Source of the DNA: Ruthenibacterium sp.
Lineage (GTDB): Bacteria; Bacillota; Clostridia; Oscillospirales; Ruminococcaceae
Assembly: GCA_036635095.1 (NCBI GenBank)
Contig: JAVWRA010000001.1
Span: forward strand, 1-56,784
Length of the DNA stretch: 56,784 nt
Direction of reading: 5' to 3'
Shown here: one piece after another, positions 9,464 through 19,346 of the stretch
How positions within the stretch are numbered: position 1 is the first letter of the stretch
How the letters are laid out: every line of letters starts with the position of its first letter
The notes under the pieces: generated by a model
The model's database searches: none
Told to the model about the DNA's origin: nothing
What the model saw: the letters and a program-made list of their open reading frames with translations, nothing else
Made by a program: the position numbers and the translations under genes

Positions 9464-10795
9464 TTATTGCTGCGACACTTTTTTCCACCTGCCGGTGAAG
9501 TAAAACAGCATCGTCAAGCCGGTGGCTATCAACCAACCGATTGGCCACGACATCCAAATGCCCACGGCACCGAAATGCGGCGCCAACACGAACGCGAGAA
9601 CAACGCGCAACACAAGGTCTGCAAGGGTGGCAATCATAAAGCACGTCATGCTGCCTGCGCCGCGCAGCACACCGTCTGCCATCAATTTGATGGAAATGAC
9701 GATGAAAAACGGCGACACGATTTTGAGAAAATCAACCCCCACCTGCAACGCCTGCGCACTGGGATTCGCCATAAAAATGCCCACCATTTGTGTGCCGAAA
9801 CAGGCATAGGCAATCACAAACGGCACTGCGACGCACAGCGTAAGCACAACACCGGCATGAAAACCCTGCTTGACGCGCTGCACTTGACCGGCACCGATGT
9901 TTTGCGCCGTGAAATTGGAAAGACCGCTGCCGAGCGTGGAAAAGCCCATAATTGCAAAACTGTTGAGCTTGACGGCGGCGGAATAACCTGCCACAACCGA
10001 GGAGCCAAACCCGTTTACCAGTGCTTGAATGAATAAATTTCCCACGGAAATAAAACTTTGCTGCAAGATACTCGGCACCGCTATTTTGGCGATGCGCACA
10101 AATTCGCGTTTTGAAAAGAGCGGGTAAGATTCTACTTTGATGGCTTTCAAACGGCGCCTGAGCGTAAACGCCGCAAAAAGTGACGCGATGCCCTGACACA
10201 AAAAAGTTGCCCATGCCACGCCGGCAACACCCATGTGAAAGCACACGACAAACACAATGTCCATGCCGATATTGGCAAGCGAGGACGCAATCAGAAAATA
10301 GAGCGGCGTTTTGGAATCGCCCAGTGCCGTGAAAATGCCGGTACATAAATTGTATAAAAACAAAAAGAACAAGCCGCCGATATAGATGTTCAAATAGACC
10401 ATGGAATCGGCAAAAATATTCGTTGGCGTGTGCATTGCATGCAGAATCGGCGCGGCAAAAGCAAAGCCGCCGATTGTGAGCAGCGCCGCAAGCGCCATGG
10501 CGGAAATGAGCGATGTGGAGATTGCCGTTTTCATGCGAGGATAATTTTTTGCACCGAAAAGCTGGCTGATAATCACGCTGCATCCGATGTTTGAGCCGGT
10601 GGCGACCGCCATGAAAATCATGGTGACGGGATACGATGCGCCCACGGCGGCAAGCGCGTTTTCGCCAATGAACTGTCCGGCAATCATGCTGTCGGCAATA
10701 TTGTAGAACTGCTGAAAAATGACGCTGAGCAGCATCGGAATGGTGAAGCGCCACAGCATTTTTGCGGGCGAACCGTGTGTCATGTCTGTTGTCAA
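9464..10795 (-). CDS. MATE family efflux transporter
   Basis: about 12 hydrophobic segments; DMTHG.P, QQFYNIADS, ALAAVG, GDSKTPL, NIGMD and QNIGAG motifs. Confidence 0.93.
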   Translation of the reverse strand: MTTDMTHGSPAKMLWRFTIPMLLSVIFQQFYNIADSMIAGQFIGENALAAVGASYPVTMIFMAVATGSNIGCSVIISQLFGAKNYPRMKTAISTSLISAMALAALLTIGGFAFAAPILHAMHTPTNIFADSMVYLNIYIGGLFFLFLYNLCTGIFTALGDSKTPLYFLIASSLANIGMDIVFVVCFHMGVAGVAWATFLCQGIASLFAAFTLRRRLKAIKVESYPLFSKREFVRIAKIAVPSILQQSFISVGNLFIQALVNGFGSSVVAGYSAAVKLNSFAIMGFSTLGSGLSNFTAQNIGAGQVQRVKQGFHAGVVLTLCVAVPFVIAYACFGTQMVGIFMANPSAQALQVGVDFLKIVSPFFIVISIKLMADGVLRGAGSMTCFMIATLADLVLRVVLAFVLAPHFGAVGIWMSWPIGWLIATGLTMLFYFTGRWKKVSQQ

Positions 10796-10898
10796 ATGAA
10801 ATCCCCTTTTCGCTTTTTAATTTCCAACCTTTTAATTATAAAACTTTTTTATCTCATTTACCATCACGCAAGCAAAATATTTTTTTGGAGTGTGCATC

Positions 10899-11897
10899 AT
10901 GGCAAAAAGTGAATCACAAAAACTGAAGCTTTTGTATCTGGCGGATATTTTGCGCCGCGAAACGGACGAAACACACACGCTGCGGGTGCAGGATATGATT
11001 GAAAAACTTGCCGCACTGGAAATTTCCGCCGAGCGAAAAAGCATTTATGACGATTTGGCAGCGCTGGAACGATACGGGTATGACATCGTGCGAACACAGG
11101 ATAAAAGCATTCATTATGCGCTGACGCATCGCGATTTTGAGCTGCCGGAACTCAAGCTTTTGGTGGACGCGGTACAGTCGAGCAAGTTTTTATCCGCCAG
11201 AAAAAGCCGTGCGCTGATTCACAAACTGGAGGGACTTGCAAGCCGCTATGAAGCGCAGGCATTGCAGCGGCAGGTGTATGTGACAAATCGTGTAAAAAGC
11301 ATGAACGAAAGCGTTTATTACAGCATTGACACGCTGCACACCGCTATCAACGCTGACCGAAAAATTGCATTTCAGTATTTTGAATGGACCGTGCAAAAAA
11401 CAATGGCATTCAAACACGGCGGCGCACTTTACAGCGTTTCGCCGTATGCGTTGATGCGCGATGACGAAAATTATTATTGCATCGGCTATGACGCCGCTTC
11501 CGATAAAATCAAGAATTATCGCGTCGATAAAATGTACCGCATCACCGTGACTGACACGCCGCGTGACGGAAAAACGCACTTCAAGAACTTCGACATCGCC
11601 GCCTATACGCAAAAAATGTTCGGCATGTTCGGCGGCACGGAGGAGGCGATTGAAATTGTGTTTGCAAACCGGCTTGCCGGCGTGGTTCTGGACCGGTTCG
11701 GCAAAGAATGTATGCTGTTTCCCATCGATGATACGCATTTTAAATTACATATCAACGCCATTGTGTCGCCGCTGTTTCTCGGCTGGGTGGCAGGCTTTGG
11801 CGCAGAGGCGCGCATTGTGGCACCGCAAAGCGTTGCCGCACAATTAACAGCTCTGTGTAAAAATATATCGGCGCAGTATCCGCAGGGCGATTTATAG
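10899..11897 (+). CDS. HTH-WYL-WCX transcriptional regulator
   Basis: N-terminal wHTH (AERKSIYDDL..L), RDFELPELKLLVDAV, WYL domain (VSPYAL..DENYYCIG..NYRVDKM) and WCX tail (FLGWVAGFG..IVAP). Confidence 0.9.
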   Translation: MAKSESQKLKLLYLADILRRETDETHTLRVQDMIEKLAALEISAERKSIYDDLAALERYGYDIVRTQDKSIHYALTHRDFELPELKLLVDAVQSSKFLSARKSRALIHKLEGLASRYEAQALQRQVYVTNRVKSMNESVYYSIDTLHTAINADRKIAFQYFEWTVQKTMAFKHGGALYSVSPYALMRDDENYYCIGYDAASDKIKNYRVDKMYRITVTDTPRDGKTHFKNFDIAAYTQKMFGMFGGTEEAIEIVFANRLAGVVLDRFGKECMLFPIDDTHFKLHINAIVSPLFLGWVAGFGAEARIVAPQSVAAQLTALCKNISAQYPQGDL

Positions 11898-11908
11898 GAC
11901 AGCGAATT

Positions 11909-11947
11909 TGTTATACTAAAGACATCACAAAAAGCAGTGCTGCTTTT
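11909..11947 (+). promoter_or_regulatory. extended -10 (TGTTATACT, 11909-11917) followed by dyad AAAAGCAG-TG-CTGCTTTT (11930-11947)
   Basis: read directly; lies between the WYL stop and the SD of the small ORF. Confidence 0.5.
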
Positions 11948-11970
11948 ATAGAGAAAGGATGTGCTTTAGC

Positions 11971-12102
11971 ATGGTACGCATGGCAAATTTGGCGCCGCAG
12001 GGCGTTTTTGAGGACGAGGAACTGCGGGTTTTTTCATGGGAAGAAACGCCGTACGAACGGCATTTTGATGATTATACGCGCAATTACGAGGATGTTGCAT
12101 AA
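11971..12102 (+). CDS. small acidic hypothetical protein, 43 aa (MVRMANLAPQGVFEDEELRVFSWEETPYERHFDDYTRNYEDVA)
   Basis: below the ORF-track cutoff; AGGATGTG SD 7 nt before ATG, own -10 upstream, terminator 11 nt after TAA. Confidence 0.6.
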   Translation: MVRMANLAPQGVFEDEELRVFSWEETPYERHFDDYTRNYEDVA

Positions 12103-12113
12103 GAAAACGGACA

Positions 12114-12145
12114 AAAACGGCTTGGCAGAATTGCCAAGCCGTTTT
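12114..12145. terminator. bidirectional intrinsic terminator
   Basis: AAAACGGCTTGGCA-GAAT-TGCCAAGCCGTTTT between convergent genes. Confidence 0.85.
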
Positions 12146-12156
12146 GATTTTGCAAT

Positions 12157-12681
12157 TTAGCCGTACCATGCCGGCAGCAATTTTGGCGCACCAAGCAAAA
12201 GAATATTTTTGCGAATGCCGAGAACGCGAAAAAGATGCGCCATTTCAAGCGTGGCGGCAATTTTGTCGGCAGCACTGACGAGGTAGCTCTCTTTAAAAGA
12301 GGGCAGCGGACGTGTGAGCGGCCACATGTGTTTCAAAATAATGTCCGCTTCTTTTTCAGACAAACCAAACACCTGCGCATTTTGCAACGCAAGTTTCGGG
12401 TGCAAAAGCAGCCGCTCGAATTTTCCGACATCGGTGTCCTCCCAATGCTGCAAATACAAATCATGCAGCAAACCGGCGCGCGCCGCCGCACGGTAATCAA
12501 ACCCGAGCAGGCGGCAAAATGTAAAACTCAAATACGAGACAAAAAGACAGTGGTCATAACAACTGACGCCCTTGACATGCTGTGGTATTTCGCGCATGGC
12601 AACAACGGTGGCATCGTTTTCAAGACCGGCAAGACACGCGTCAAACAAGGCGCGGTGAGTCACTTTCCACATGGGCTTCAC
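12157..12681 (-). CDS. HD domain phosphohydrolase-like protein
   Basis: YDHC, GLLHDLY, HP, HMWP and ADK metal-binding pattern; start uncertain. Confidence 0.82.
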   Translation of the reverse strand: MKPMWKVTHRALFDACLAGLENDATVVAMREIPQHVKGVSCYDHCLFVSYLSFTFCRLLGFDYRAAARAGLLHDLYLQHWEDTDVGKFERLLLHPKLALQNAQVFGLSEKEADIILKHMWPLTRPLPSFKESYLVSAADKIAATLEMAHLFRVLGIRKNILLLGAPKLLPAWYG

Positions 12682-12712
12682 AACCTTTCTGTAACATAAA
12701 ACGAGAAGCCGT

Positions 12713-13390
12713 TTAAATCAACTTCACGATTGCAAGGCAAATTTTTGCGGCAGTGGTGCAATATGCACGGATGTCAAACAGCATTCCCTGCGCTTTTTCG
12801 TTGGCATCGTCGCTCATGGCGCGCAGCACCAAACAGGGAATATCGTTTTTGGCGGCGATGTGTGCCACGGCGGCGCCCTCCATCTCCACGCAATCGGGGT
12901 TGCATTTCGCGGCGATTGCCTGTTTGGTGGCGTTATCGCCTACAAAATCATCGCCTGTGGCGATTTTTCCGACAAGATAATGTACGCCGTTTTCTTCACA
13001 TGCCACTTTTGCGGCGGCAATGAACGATGCGTCACCTTTGAAAATTTGCTGATGCGGATAGCTTTCCGCAATCATGCGGCGCTCCGCATCATGATAGAGC
13101 AATGTTTCACCGATGACAACATCGCCGACACTGATTTTATCCGTCATATTGCCGGCAATTCCGCTGAAAATAATGGCATCGCAGTGAAAATGCGTTGCCA
13201 AAAGCTGTGTGGCGGCGGCGGCATTTGCCTTGCCCATGCCGGCACAGCAAAGAACGACTGTTTTGCCGTTCAAGGTGCCTTTATCAAACACAACACCGCC
13301 GATTTTTTCGCTGTTTTTATTTTGCAGATGCGCGTTGACATGTTCAATTTCGTCCGGCATTGCACCCAGAATGCCAATAATTTGAGCCAT
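12713..13390 (-). CDS. mtnN: 5'-methylthioadenosine/S-adenosylhomocysteine nucleosidase
   Basis: IGILGAMPDEI, GMGKANAA, SGIAG, TGDDF, VEMEGAAVA and RAMSD motifs; GGAGG SD before ATG 13390. Confidence 0.93.
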   Translation of the reverse strand: MAQIIGILGAMPDEIEHVNAHLQNKNSEKIGGVVFDKGTLNGKTVVLCCAGMGKANAAAATQLLATHFHCDAIIFSGIAGNMTDKISVGDVVIGETLLYHDAERRMIAESYPHQQIFKGDASFIAAAKVACEENGVHYLVGKIATGDDFVGDNATKQAIAAKCNPDCVEMEGAAVAHIAAKNDIPCLVLRAMSDDANEKAQGMLFDIRAYCTTAAKICLAIVKLI

Positions 13391-13427
13391 AAAACCTCCC
13401 TGCGCTTTGCGCAAATTTCTGTTCGTT

Positions 13428-14618
13428 TTATTCTTCGGCAAGTGATTCAAAAAAATCAATATAGCGCTGTGTTACCGTGTCCCACGAGAAATTGGCGCGC
13501 ACATAAGCGCCGCCGTTTTCGCCCATCTGCGCCGCCTCCTGCGGATGCGACAAGAAATAATTCAGCGCACCGATAAATTCATCACAGGTATTAAAATACA
13601 GTCCGCCGCCACTTTTTTGTGCAAAGTTTTTCGTCACCGCACATTGCCCGTGTACCAAAACCGGACGTCCGCACAGCCAACTTTCCATAATCACCAGCGA
13701 AAAGCTTTCGTGCAGCGACGGCTGACACAGAAACAATGCCGCCGCCATCGCGTCATATTTATCTTGCAGCGGCACATAGCCGAAATCCAAAATATCCTGT
13801 TTTGCATCGGACGGCAATGACAATGTGCCGCCGCCAATCAAAATCAGCTTTACATCATTTTCAGGTGTACAGGCTTTCCATGTCATGAAGTTTTTCACGA
13901 GAGTGTCTACATTTTTGCCGGAATCTTTTCGCCCCGCATAAAGAATAAACGGCGATTTCATGTTATATTTTTCGCAAAAACGCGCAGATACCCCACTGAC
14001 GCTTACGTCCATGCCATCGCCTGCCACCGTTGTTTTCACATTGTCAAGGCAGTATAATGTATGTGCAAGCGCGCTTTCCGGCTCAGAATTAAACGCAATG
14101 CCACCCACATTTTCAAAGCAGGTTTTCATCAACTGCATGTGGACATATGCTTCTTCATGCAGACACGGAATCAACACCGCCTGTTTTCCCGCCGCCCGTG
14201 CGCCGAAATAGGTGGTGCTGAACATGTAGGGCGTAAAGACAAAAAGGCTGTATTCCTGTCGATGCGACGAGATATATTCAATCATCTCGTCACTGTTGAC
14301 CATCTCGCTGAAAAAGACGCACTCCTGCGCAAGCGACGGCTGTTTTCCCTGCATCAAAAGTGCATTTACGCCGCCGAATGCCGTGCCGTCACGTCCGTTT
14401 GCCAAAAAGCGCCGCACCGTAATTCCATGGATTTTCTCAATGCCGCGCGGGAAAAAGTTGACTTCCCAATCGGCGGAAAAGCTTTCCACGCAGGTTGCGA
14501 AAATTTCCAGCTCAACGCCGCGCGCCGCAAGCTGAATGGTGGTGTCACGCAAATCAACCTCGGCACCGCCACGCACATCTGCGGAGAACCACGGAATGAT
14601 AAAAGCCAGTTTTTTCAT
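13428..14618 (-). CDS. glycosyltransferase family 4 (GT-B)
   Basis: GGAE near the N-terminus, YAGRKDSGKN, PSLHESFSLVIMESW (EX7E) and FSW tail. Confidence 0.9.
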   Translation of the reverse strand: MKKLAFIIPWFSADVRGGAEVDLRDTTIQLAARGVELEIFATCVESFSADWEVNFFPRGIEKIHGITVRRFLANGRDGTAFGGVNALLMQGKQPSLAQECVFFSEMVNSDEMIEYISSHRQEYSLFVFTPYMFSTTYFGARAAGKQAVLIPCLHEEAYVHMQLMKTCFENVGGIAFNSEPESALAHTLYCLDNVKTTVAGDGMDVSVSGVSARFCEKYNMKSPFILYAGRKDSGKNVDTLVKNFMTWKACTPENDVKLILIGGGTLSLPSDAKQDILDFGYVPLQDKYDAMAAALFLCQPSLHESFSLVIMESWLCGRPVLVHGQCAVTKNFAQKSGGGLYFNTCDEFIGALNYFLSHPQEAAQMGENGGAYVRANFSWDTVTQRYIDFFESLAEE

Positions 14619-14673
14619 TGTGTTTTACGGCAAAATGCCGCATTCCTTTCGTATGACTTTTGTTGTTTTCACA

Positions 14674-15774
14674 CTATACGTTGAAGCGAAACAGCGTTAC
14701 ATCGCCGTCTTTCATAACATATTCTTTGCCCTCACTGCGCACAAGACCTTTTTCTTTTGCAACCGTCATGGAGCCGCAAGCCATCAAATCATCAAACGCG
14801 ACAATTTCAGCACGGATAAAGCCGCGCTCAAAATCGGAGTGAATTTTGCCTGCCGCCTGCGGCGCTTTTGTGCCGTTTGTGATGGTCCATGCACGGACTT
14901 CCGGCTCGCCTGCCGTTAAAAAGCTGATGAGACCCAACAAACGATAACCCTCGCGGATTAAGTTGTCAAGACCGCTGACAGAAAGACCGAGTTCTGCCAA
15001 AAATTCCTTTTTTTCGTCGGGCGTGTAGGAGGTGATATCCTCCTCAATTTTGGCGCAAATCGGCATACAGCCGGCGCCCTCCTCGGCGGCAATTTTTTGC
15101 ACCACGGGAAAATAAACATTGCTTTCGATGCCGCCGAGCAAATCGTCCTCCGACAAATTTGCCGCATAAATAACGGGTTTGCCGGACAAAAGCGGCAAAT
15201 CTGCCATGATTTCGGCTTCGTTTTCGCCCGCTATCGGAAAAGTGCGCGCGTTTTTGCCGTCGCTCAAATGCGCTGCCAATTTTTCAAGAAAGGTGCTTTC
15301 GGCAACAAGCGCTTTGTCGCCGCTTTTCATGGTTTTGCGCGCACGGTCAAGCCGGCGCTCCACAATTTCCATGTCGCTCAAAATCAGTTCCAAATCGATG
15401 GTTTCGATGTCGCGCGCCGGATCAACACTGCCCTCAACATGAATGATGTCGGTGGAATCAAAGCAGCGCACCACATGAATAATCGCGTCAACCTCGCGGA
15501 TATGGCTTAAAAATTTATTGCCGAGTCCCTCGCCTTTGCTTGCGCCTTTCACAAGTCCCGCGATGTCTACAAATTCAATGATGGCGGGCGTGTATTTTTT
15601 CGGATGATACAGCGCTGCAAGTGCGTCCAGACGCGCGTCCGGCACAGGCACCACGCCGACATTCGGCTCGATGGTGCAAAACGGATAGTTTGCCGCACTT
15701 GCGCCGGCATTGGTAATTGCATTGAACAACGTGCTTTTGCCTACGTTTGGCAGGCCGACAATCCCAAGTTTCAT
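14674..15774 (-). CDS. ychF: redox-regulated ATPase YchF
   Basis: GIVGLPNVGKST, ANYPFCTIEPN, DIAGLVKGASKGEGLGNKFL and the TGS tail KIHSDFERGFIRAE. Confidence 0.97.
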   Translation of the reverse strand: MKLGIVGLPNVGKSTLFNAITNAGASAANYPFCTIEPNVGVVPVPDARLDALAALYHPKKYTPAIIEFVDIAGLVKGASKGEGLGNKFLSHIREVDAIIHVVRCFDSTDIIHVEGSVDPARDIETIDLELILSDMEIVERRLDRARKTMKSGDKALVAESTFLEKLAAHLSDGKNARTFPIAGENEAEIMADLPLLSGKPVIYAANLSEDDLLGGIESNVYFPVVQKIAAEEGAGCMPICAKIEEDITSYTPDEKKEFLAELGLSVSGLDNLIREGYRLLGLISFLTAGEPEVRAWTITNGTKAPQAAGKIHSDFERGFIRAEIVAFDDLMACGSMTVAKEKGLVRSEGKEYVMKDGDVTLFRFNV

Positions 15775-15918
15775 AAAAATGAGTCCTCTTTCGTTTGTTT
15801 GATTGCTTCTATTATAAACCATTTGAAGCAAAAAGGCAAAACGATGTAAAAGACTTTTTTTATACACAATTATGGCGTATAATAGAGATAGTATTATTAT
15901 TGTAACGATAGGAGTGTC

Positions 15919-16614
15919 ATGATGGCAAACGAAAAAATTCTCATTGTGGACGATGACAAAAACATCTGCGAATTGCTGCGCCTTTATCTTGTGAAAGAAG
16001 GTTATGAATGCAGCCTTGCGCATGACGGTGAAGCCGCGCTTGCGGCATTTGAAGCGCAAAAACCAAAGCTTGTTTTACTGGATGTCATGATGCCGAAAAT
16101 GGACGGCTGGGAAACCTGCCGCAAAATTCGTGCCGTTGACAATACCCCTGTGATTATGCTGACCGCCAAAGGCGAAACTTTTGACAAGGTGCTGGGACTT
16201 GAGCTTGGCGCGGACGATTATATCGTAAAACCGTTTGATACCAAAGAGGTTGTGGCGCGCATCAAGGCGGTTTTGCGCCGCGCCATGCCTGCACAAGATG
16301 CCGCAAACGGCAATGTGATTGTGTATGACAAGCTGTCGGTGGATTTGTCGCGCTATGAGCTGAAAGTGGACGGCAAAGTGGTGGACGCGCCGCCGAAAGA
16401 ACTGGAACTTTTGTATTATCTTGCAAGCCATCCGAACCGCGTGTTTACGCGCGACCAGCTTTTGGACGAGGTATGGGGTTTTGAATATTACGGTGATTCA
16501 CGCACCATCGACGTCCATGTGAAGCGTCTGCGCGAAAAATTGGAGGACACTTCTGACGCATGGACACTCAAAACGGTGTGGGGCGTCGGGTATAAATTTG
16601 AGGTGAAAGAATAG
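15919..16614 (+). CDS. OmpR/PhoB family response regulator
   Basis: IVDDD, LLDVMMP, TAK and KPF receiver motifs; winged helix SRTIDVHVKRLREK..TVWGVGYK. Confidence 0.95.
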   Translation: MMANEKILIVDDDKNICELLRLYLVKEGYECSLAHDGEAALAAFEAQKPKLVLLDVMMPKMDGWETCRKIRAVDNTPVIMLTAKGETFDKVLGLELGADDYIVKPFDTKEVVARIKAVLRRAMPAQDAANGNVIVYDKLSVDLSRYELKVDGKVVDAPPKELELLYYLASHPNRVFTRDQLLDEVWGFEYYGDSRTIDVHVKRLREKLEDTSDAWTLKTVWGVGYKFEVKE

Positions 16615-16668
16615 CGGCACCGCCGCAAACAGGCGCCCTGTTTTTTGCAGACCGAAGGAGAAAGTGCT

Positions 16669-18147
16669 GTGAGAAAAAGCATTACAACGCGCTATTTTTA
16701 CTCAACGGCTATTTTACTGCTTTGCAGTATTGCCGTGATGGGTTTTGTTCAGCTTTACCTTTCGATGGGATATTTTCGCGCTTCCAACAACGAGGTTTTG
16801 CTGGGAACCATTGATAATACCGCGCGTATTTTGCACGAATCGAAATTGCAGGACGCCGACGCGCAAAACGACACTGCCGCCGCAAGCACCGTCGCGCGTG
16901 AAATTCTCATCACGGCGCGCGCATCCGACAATTTGATTTTCGTGACCGACCCGTATGGCACAACGCTGCTGTGCAACGATGGCATCAACAGTGCCTATCA
17001 AGGCAAACAGTTTCCGGAAAAAGCGCTCAATATTGCATTCAATCAAGGCGCTTACACCGAACTCGGCACGTTGAACGGCTTTTTTGCCACGCGCTTTTAT
17101 GCGGCGGGAAAACCGCTTTTGGCGGAAAACGGAAAGCTGATCGGCTTTATTTTTGCCGCCACGAACGCAACCGGTCTCGGCGAATATATTTCCAATATGT
17201 TCTCCACTTTTATTTTGTCTGCCGGTTTGATGCTCATGGTATCGAGCGTACTTTCCATTGTGCTGACGGCGCGCATGACAACGCCGCTGCGCCGCATTGC
17301 CGAAGCCGCAAAACGGTTCGGCAACAGCGATTTTTCCTCGCGCGTTCCGGTTGAAGGTGACGATGAACTGGCACAATTGGCGGTAACGTTCAACAATATG
17401 GCAAGCAGTCTTGAAAAAATAGATTCAAGCCGCCGCAGTTTTATGGGCAATATTGCACACGAACTGCGCACACCGATGACGTCCATCAAAGGCTTTATTG
17501 ACGGCATGCTGGACGGCACCATTCCGCCGGAAAGTCACGAACACTATCTTGGCATTGTGTCACAGGAAGTGGGACGCTTGACGCGGCTCATTAAAAATAT
17601 GCTGGACATCACAAAACTGGAGGCGGGCGAATACAAGGTGAACGCCGGAAATTATGACGTTTGGGAGACCATTACAGGCGTTGTATTCGGCGCAGAACAG
17701 CGGCTTGAAGCAAATCATATTCAAATCAGCGGGTTTGCGCCCGTGAAAACCATGGTGTATGCCGACGCCGACCTTGTGTATCAAGTGCTGCAAAACTTGA
17801 TGGACAATGCCATTAAATTTTGCAATGAGGACGGGGAAATTCGGTTTTCCGTCACGCAGAGCAAGGGCGTTGTGACGGTGGGCATTCGCAACACCGGCGT
17901 GGGGATTGCCGAAGATGCGCTTCCCTTTGTGTTTGACCGCTTTTATAAAGAGGACAAAAGCCGCGGACTGAACACCACCGGCAGCGGTCTCGGACTACAC
18001 ATCTGCAAGGTTCTCATCAATCTTTCAGACGGCAATTTATGGGTGACAAGCAAAGAGGGCGAATATTGCGAATTTTTATTTACTTTGCCTGCCGAGAAAA
18101 AGAAACCCGCCGAACCGAGCGGCACCGTCAAACAAGACGCCCCTTAA
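16669..18147 (+). CDS. HAMP-containing sensor histidine kinase
   Basis: two TM helices, HAMP (DELAQLAVTFNNM), H-box IAHELRTP, N-box NLMDNAIK and G2 GSGLGL; GTG start behind GAAGGAG. Confidence 0.94.
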   Translation: MRKSITTRYFYSTAILLLCSIAVMGFVQLYLSMGYFRASNNEVLLGTIDNTARILHESKLQDADAQNDTAAASTVAREILITARASDNLIFVTDPYGTTLLCNDGINSAYQGKQFPEKALNIAFNQGAYTELGTLNGFFATRFYAAGKPLLAENGKLIGFIFAATNATGLGEYISNMFSTFILSAGLMLMVSSVLSIVLTARMTTPLRRIAEAAKRFGNSDFSSRVPVEGDDELAQLAVTFNNMASSLEKIDSSRRSFMGNIAHELRTPMTSIKGFIDGMLDGTIPPESHEHYLGIVSQEVGRLTRLIKNMLDITKLEAGEYKVNAGNYDVWETITGVVFGAEQRLEANHIQISGFAPVKTMVYADADLVYQVLQNLMDNAIKFCNEDGEIRFSVTQSKGVVTVGIRNTGVGIAEDALPFVFDRFYKEDKSRGLNTTGSGLGLHICKVLINLSDGNLWVTSKEGEYCEFLFTLPAEKKKPAEPSGTVKQDAP

Positions 18148-18173
18148 ACGGCGGCAAACACGCATCTCTGCAA

Positions 18174-18201
18174 TTGCATTTTTGACGTTTTGCTGTATAA
18201 T
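18174..18201 (+). promoter_or_regulatory. sigma-A-type promoter of pilT-pilin
   Basis: TTGCAT-16-TATAAT. Confidence 0.6.
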
Positions 18202-18250
18202 AGACTGTATCAACAGACCCCAAATACAAACAGTACAGGAGGAAATTTTC

Positions 18251-19321
18251 ATGGAATTGCAGGCAGTTTTTCAATTTGCCGCAGACAAGGCGGCGTCTGA
18301 TATTTTTATTGTAGCGGGTGCGCCGATTACGGTAAAAGCTTACGGCCGTCCGAATCCACTGGGTGAACCGCTGACGACAGAGCAAAGCGAAATTGCCGTA
18401 CAGACGCTCTATACACTTGCTGACCGTGATATGACGCGCCTGCAAAACACGGGTGATGACGATTTCGGACTGGAAATTAAGGACGTCACGCGCTTTCGTG
18501 TCAGCGCTTATCGCCAAAAAAACAGCTATGCCGCCACGATGCGTTTGATTCCGAACCATCTGCCGAACGCGCAAAAACTCGGCATTCCGCAATGTGTGAT
18601 GGATTTGGCGACACGTCAAAAAGGACTTGTGCTTGTGACCGGCACAACCGGCAGCGGCAAATCGACCACGCTTGCCTGTGTGTTAGACGCCATCAATCAA
18701 AACCGCACGGGACATATCATCACCATCGAGGACCCGATTGAATATGTGCATCCGCACGGCAAAAGCGTGGTTAGCCAACGTGAAATTGAACGTGATACCG
18801 AAACGTATTTGACCGCACTGCGCGCCTGTCTGCGGCAGGCGCCGGACGTAATTCTCGTGGGTGAAATGCGCGATTACGAAACCATTTCTGTTGCTTTGAC
18901 GGCGGCGGAAACCGGACATCTTGTGTTTTCAACCCTGCACACCATTGGTGCGGCATCTACCATTGACCGTATCATCGACGTATTTCCGGGTGACCGACAA
19001 AATCAGATTCGTTCGCAAACAAGCATGGTGCTGCAATCGGTTATCTCGCAGCAGCTTGTGCCGACTGTGGACGGAAAGCTCGTGGCAGCATATGAAATTA
19101 TGCACTGCAACAACGCCGTGCGCAATTTGATTCGTGAGGGAAAAACACATCAGCTTGACAATATTATTTCGCTGTCAGCAAACGAGGGCATGATTGGCAT
19201 GGACACAAGCTTGCTGAATCTCTATACAAGCGGTAGAATTACGGCTGAAAATGCCATTCGGTATGCAGTGATGCCGGATATGATGCGGCGGCGGCTTGCG
19301 CCGGGCGGCATCTCGCACTGA
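18251..19321 (+). CDS. pilT: type IV pilus retraction ATPase
   Basis: ASDIF, Walker A GTTGSGKST, TIEDPIE, QREI, LRQAPDVILVGEMRD, His box ETGH..STLH and AVRNLIRE motif. Confidence 0.93.
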   Translation: MELQAVFQFAADKAASDIFIVAGAPITVKAYGRPNPLGEPLTTEQSEIAVQTLYTLADRDMTRLQNTGDDDFGLEIKDVTRFRVSAYRQKNSYAATMRLIPNHLPNAQKLGIPQCVMDLATRQKGLVLVTGTTGSGKSTTLACVLDAINQNRTGHIITIEDPIEYVHPHGKSVVSQREIERDTETYLTALRACLRQAPDVILVGEMRDYETISVALTAAETGHLVFSTLHTIGAASTIDRIIDVFPGDRQNQIRSQTSMVLQSVISQQLVPTVDGKLVAAYEIMHCNNAVRNLIREGKTHQLDNIISLSANEGMIGMDTSLLNLYTSGRITAENAIRYAVMPDMMRRRLAPGGISH

Positions 19322-19346
19322 ACATTTGCGGCAAGGAGGAACGACA

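Noticed and set aside
9732-10754. 340-aa alternative-frame ORF inside MATE, and similar nested ORFs across the window
   Set aside because: Same-strand off-frame shadow with atypical composition; the MATE frame is intact.
10899-12681. WYL plus HD gene as an anti-phage or CRISPR-associated module
   Set aside because: The HD gene is convergent, separated by a terminator and belongs to the ychF-mtnN run; no cas, restriction or BREX genes and no array in the window.
15775-16059. N-terminal extensions in the ORF track (ychF, aroC, aroE-K, mtnN, pilT, lacI, oppB and others)
   Set aside because: They overlap neighbouring genes or promoters; downstream starts match family N-termini and mostly have clear SD sequences.
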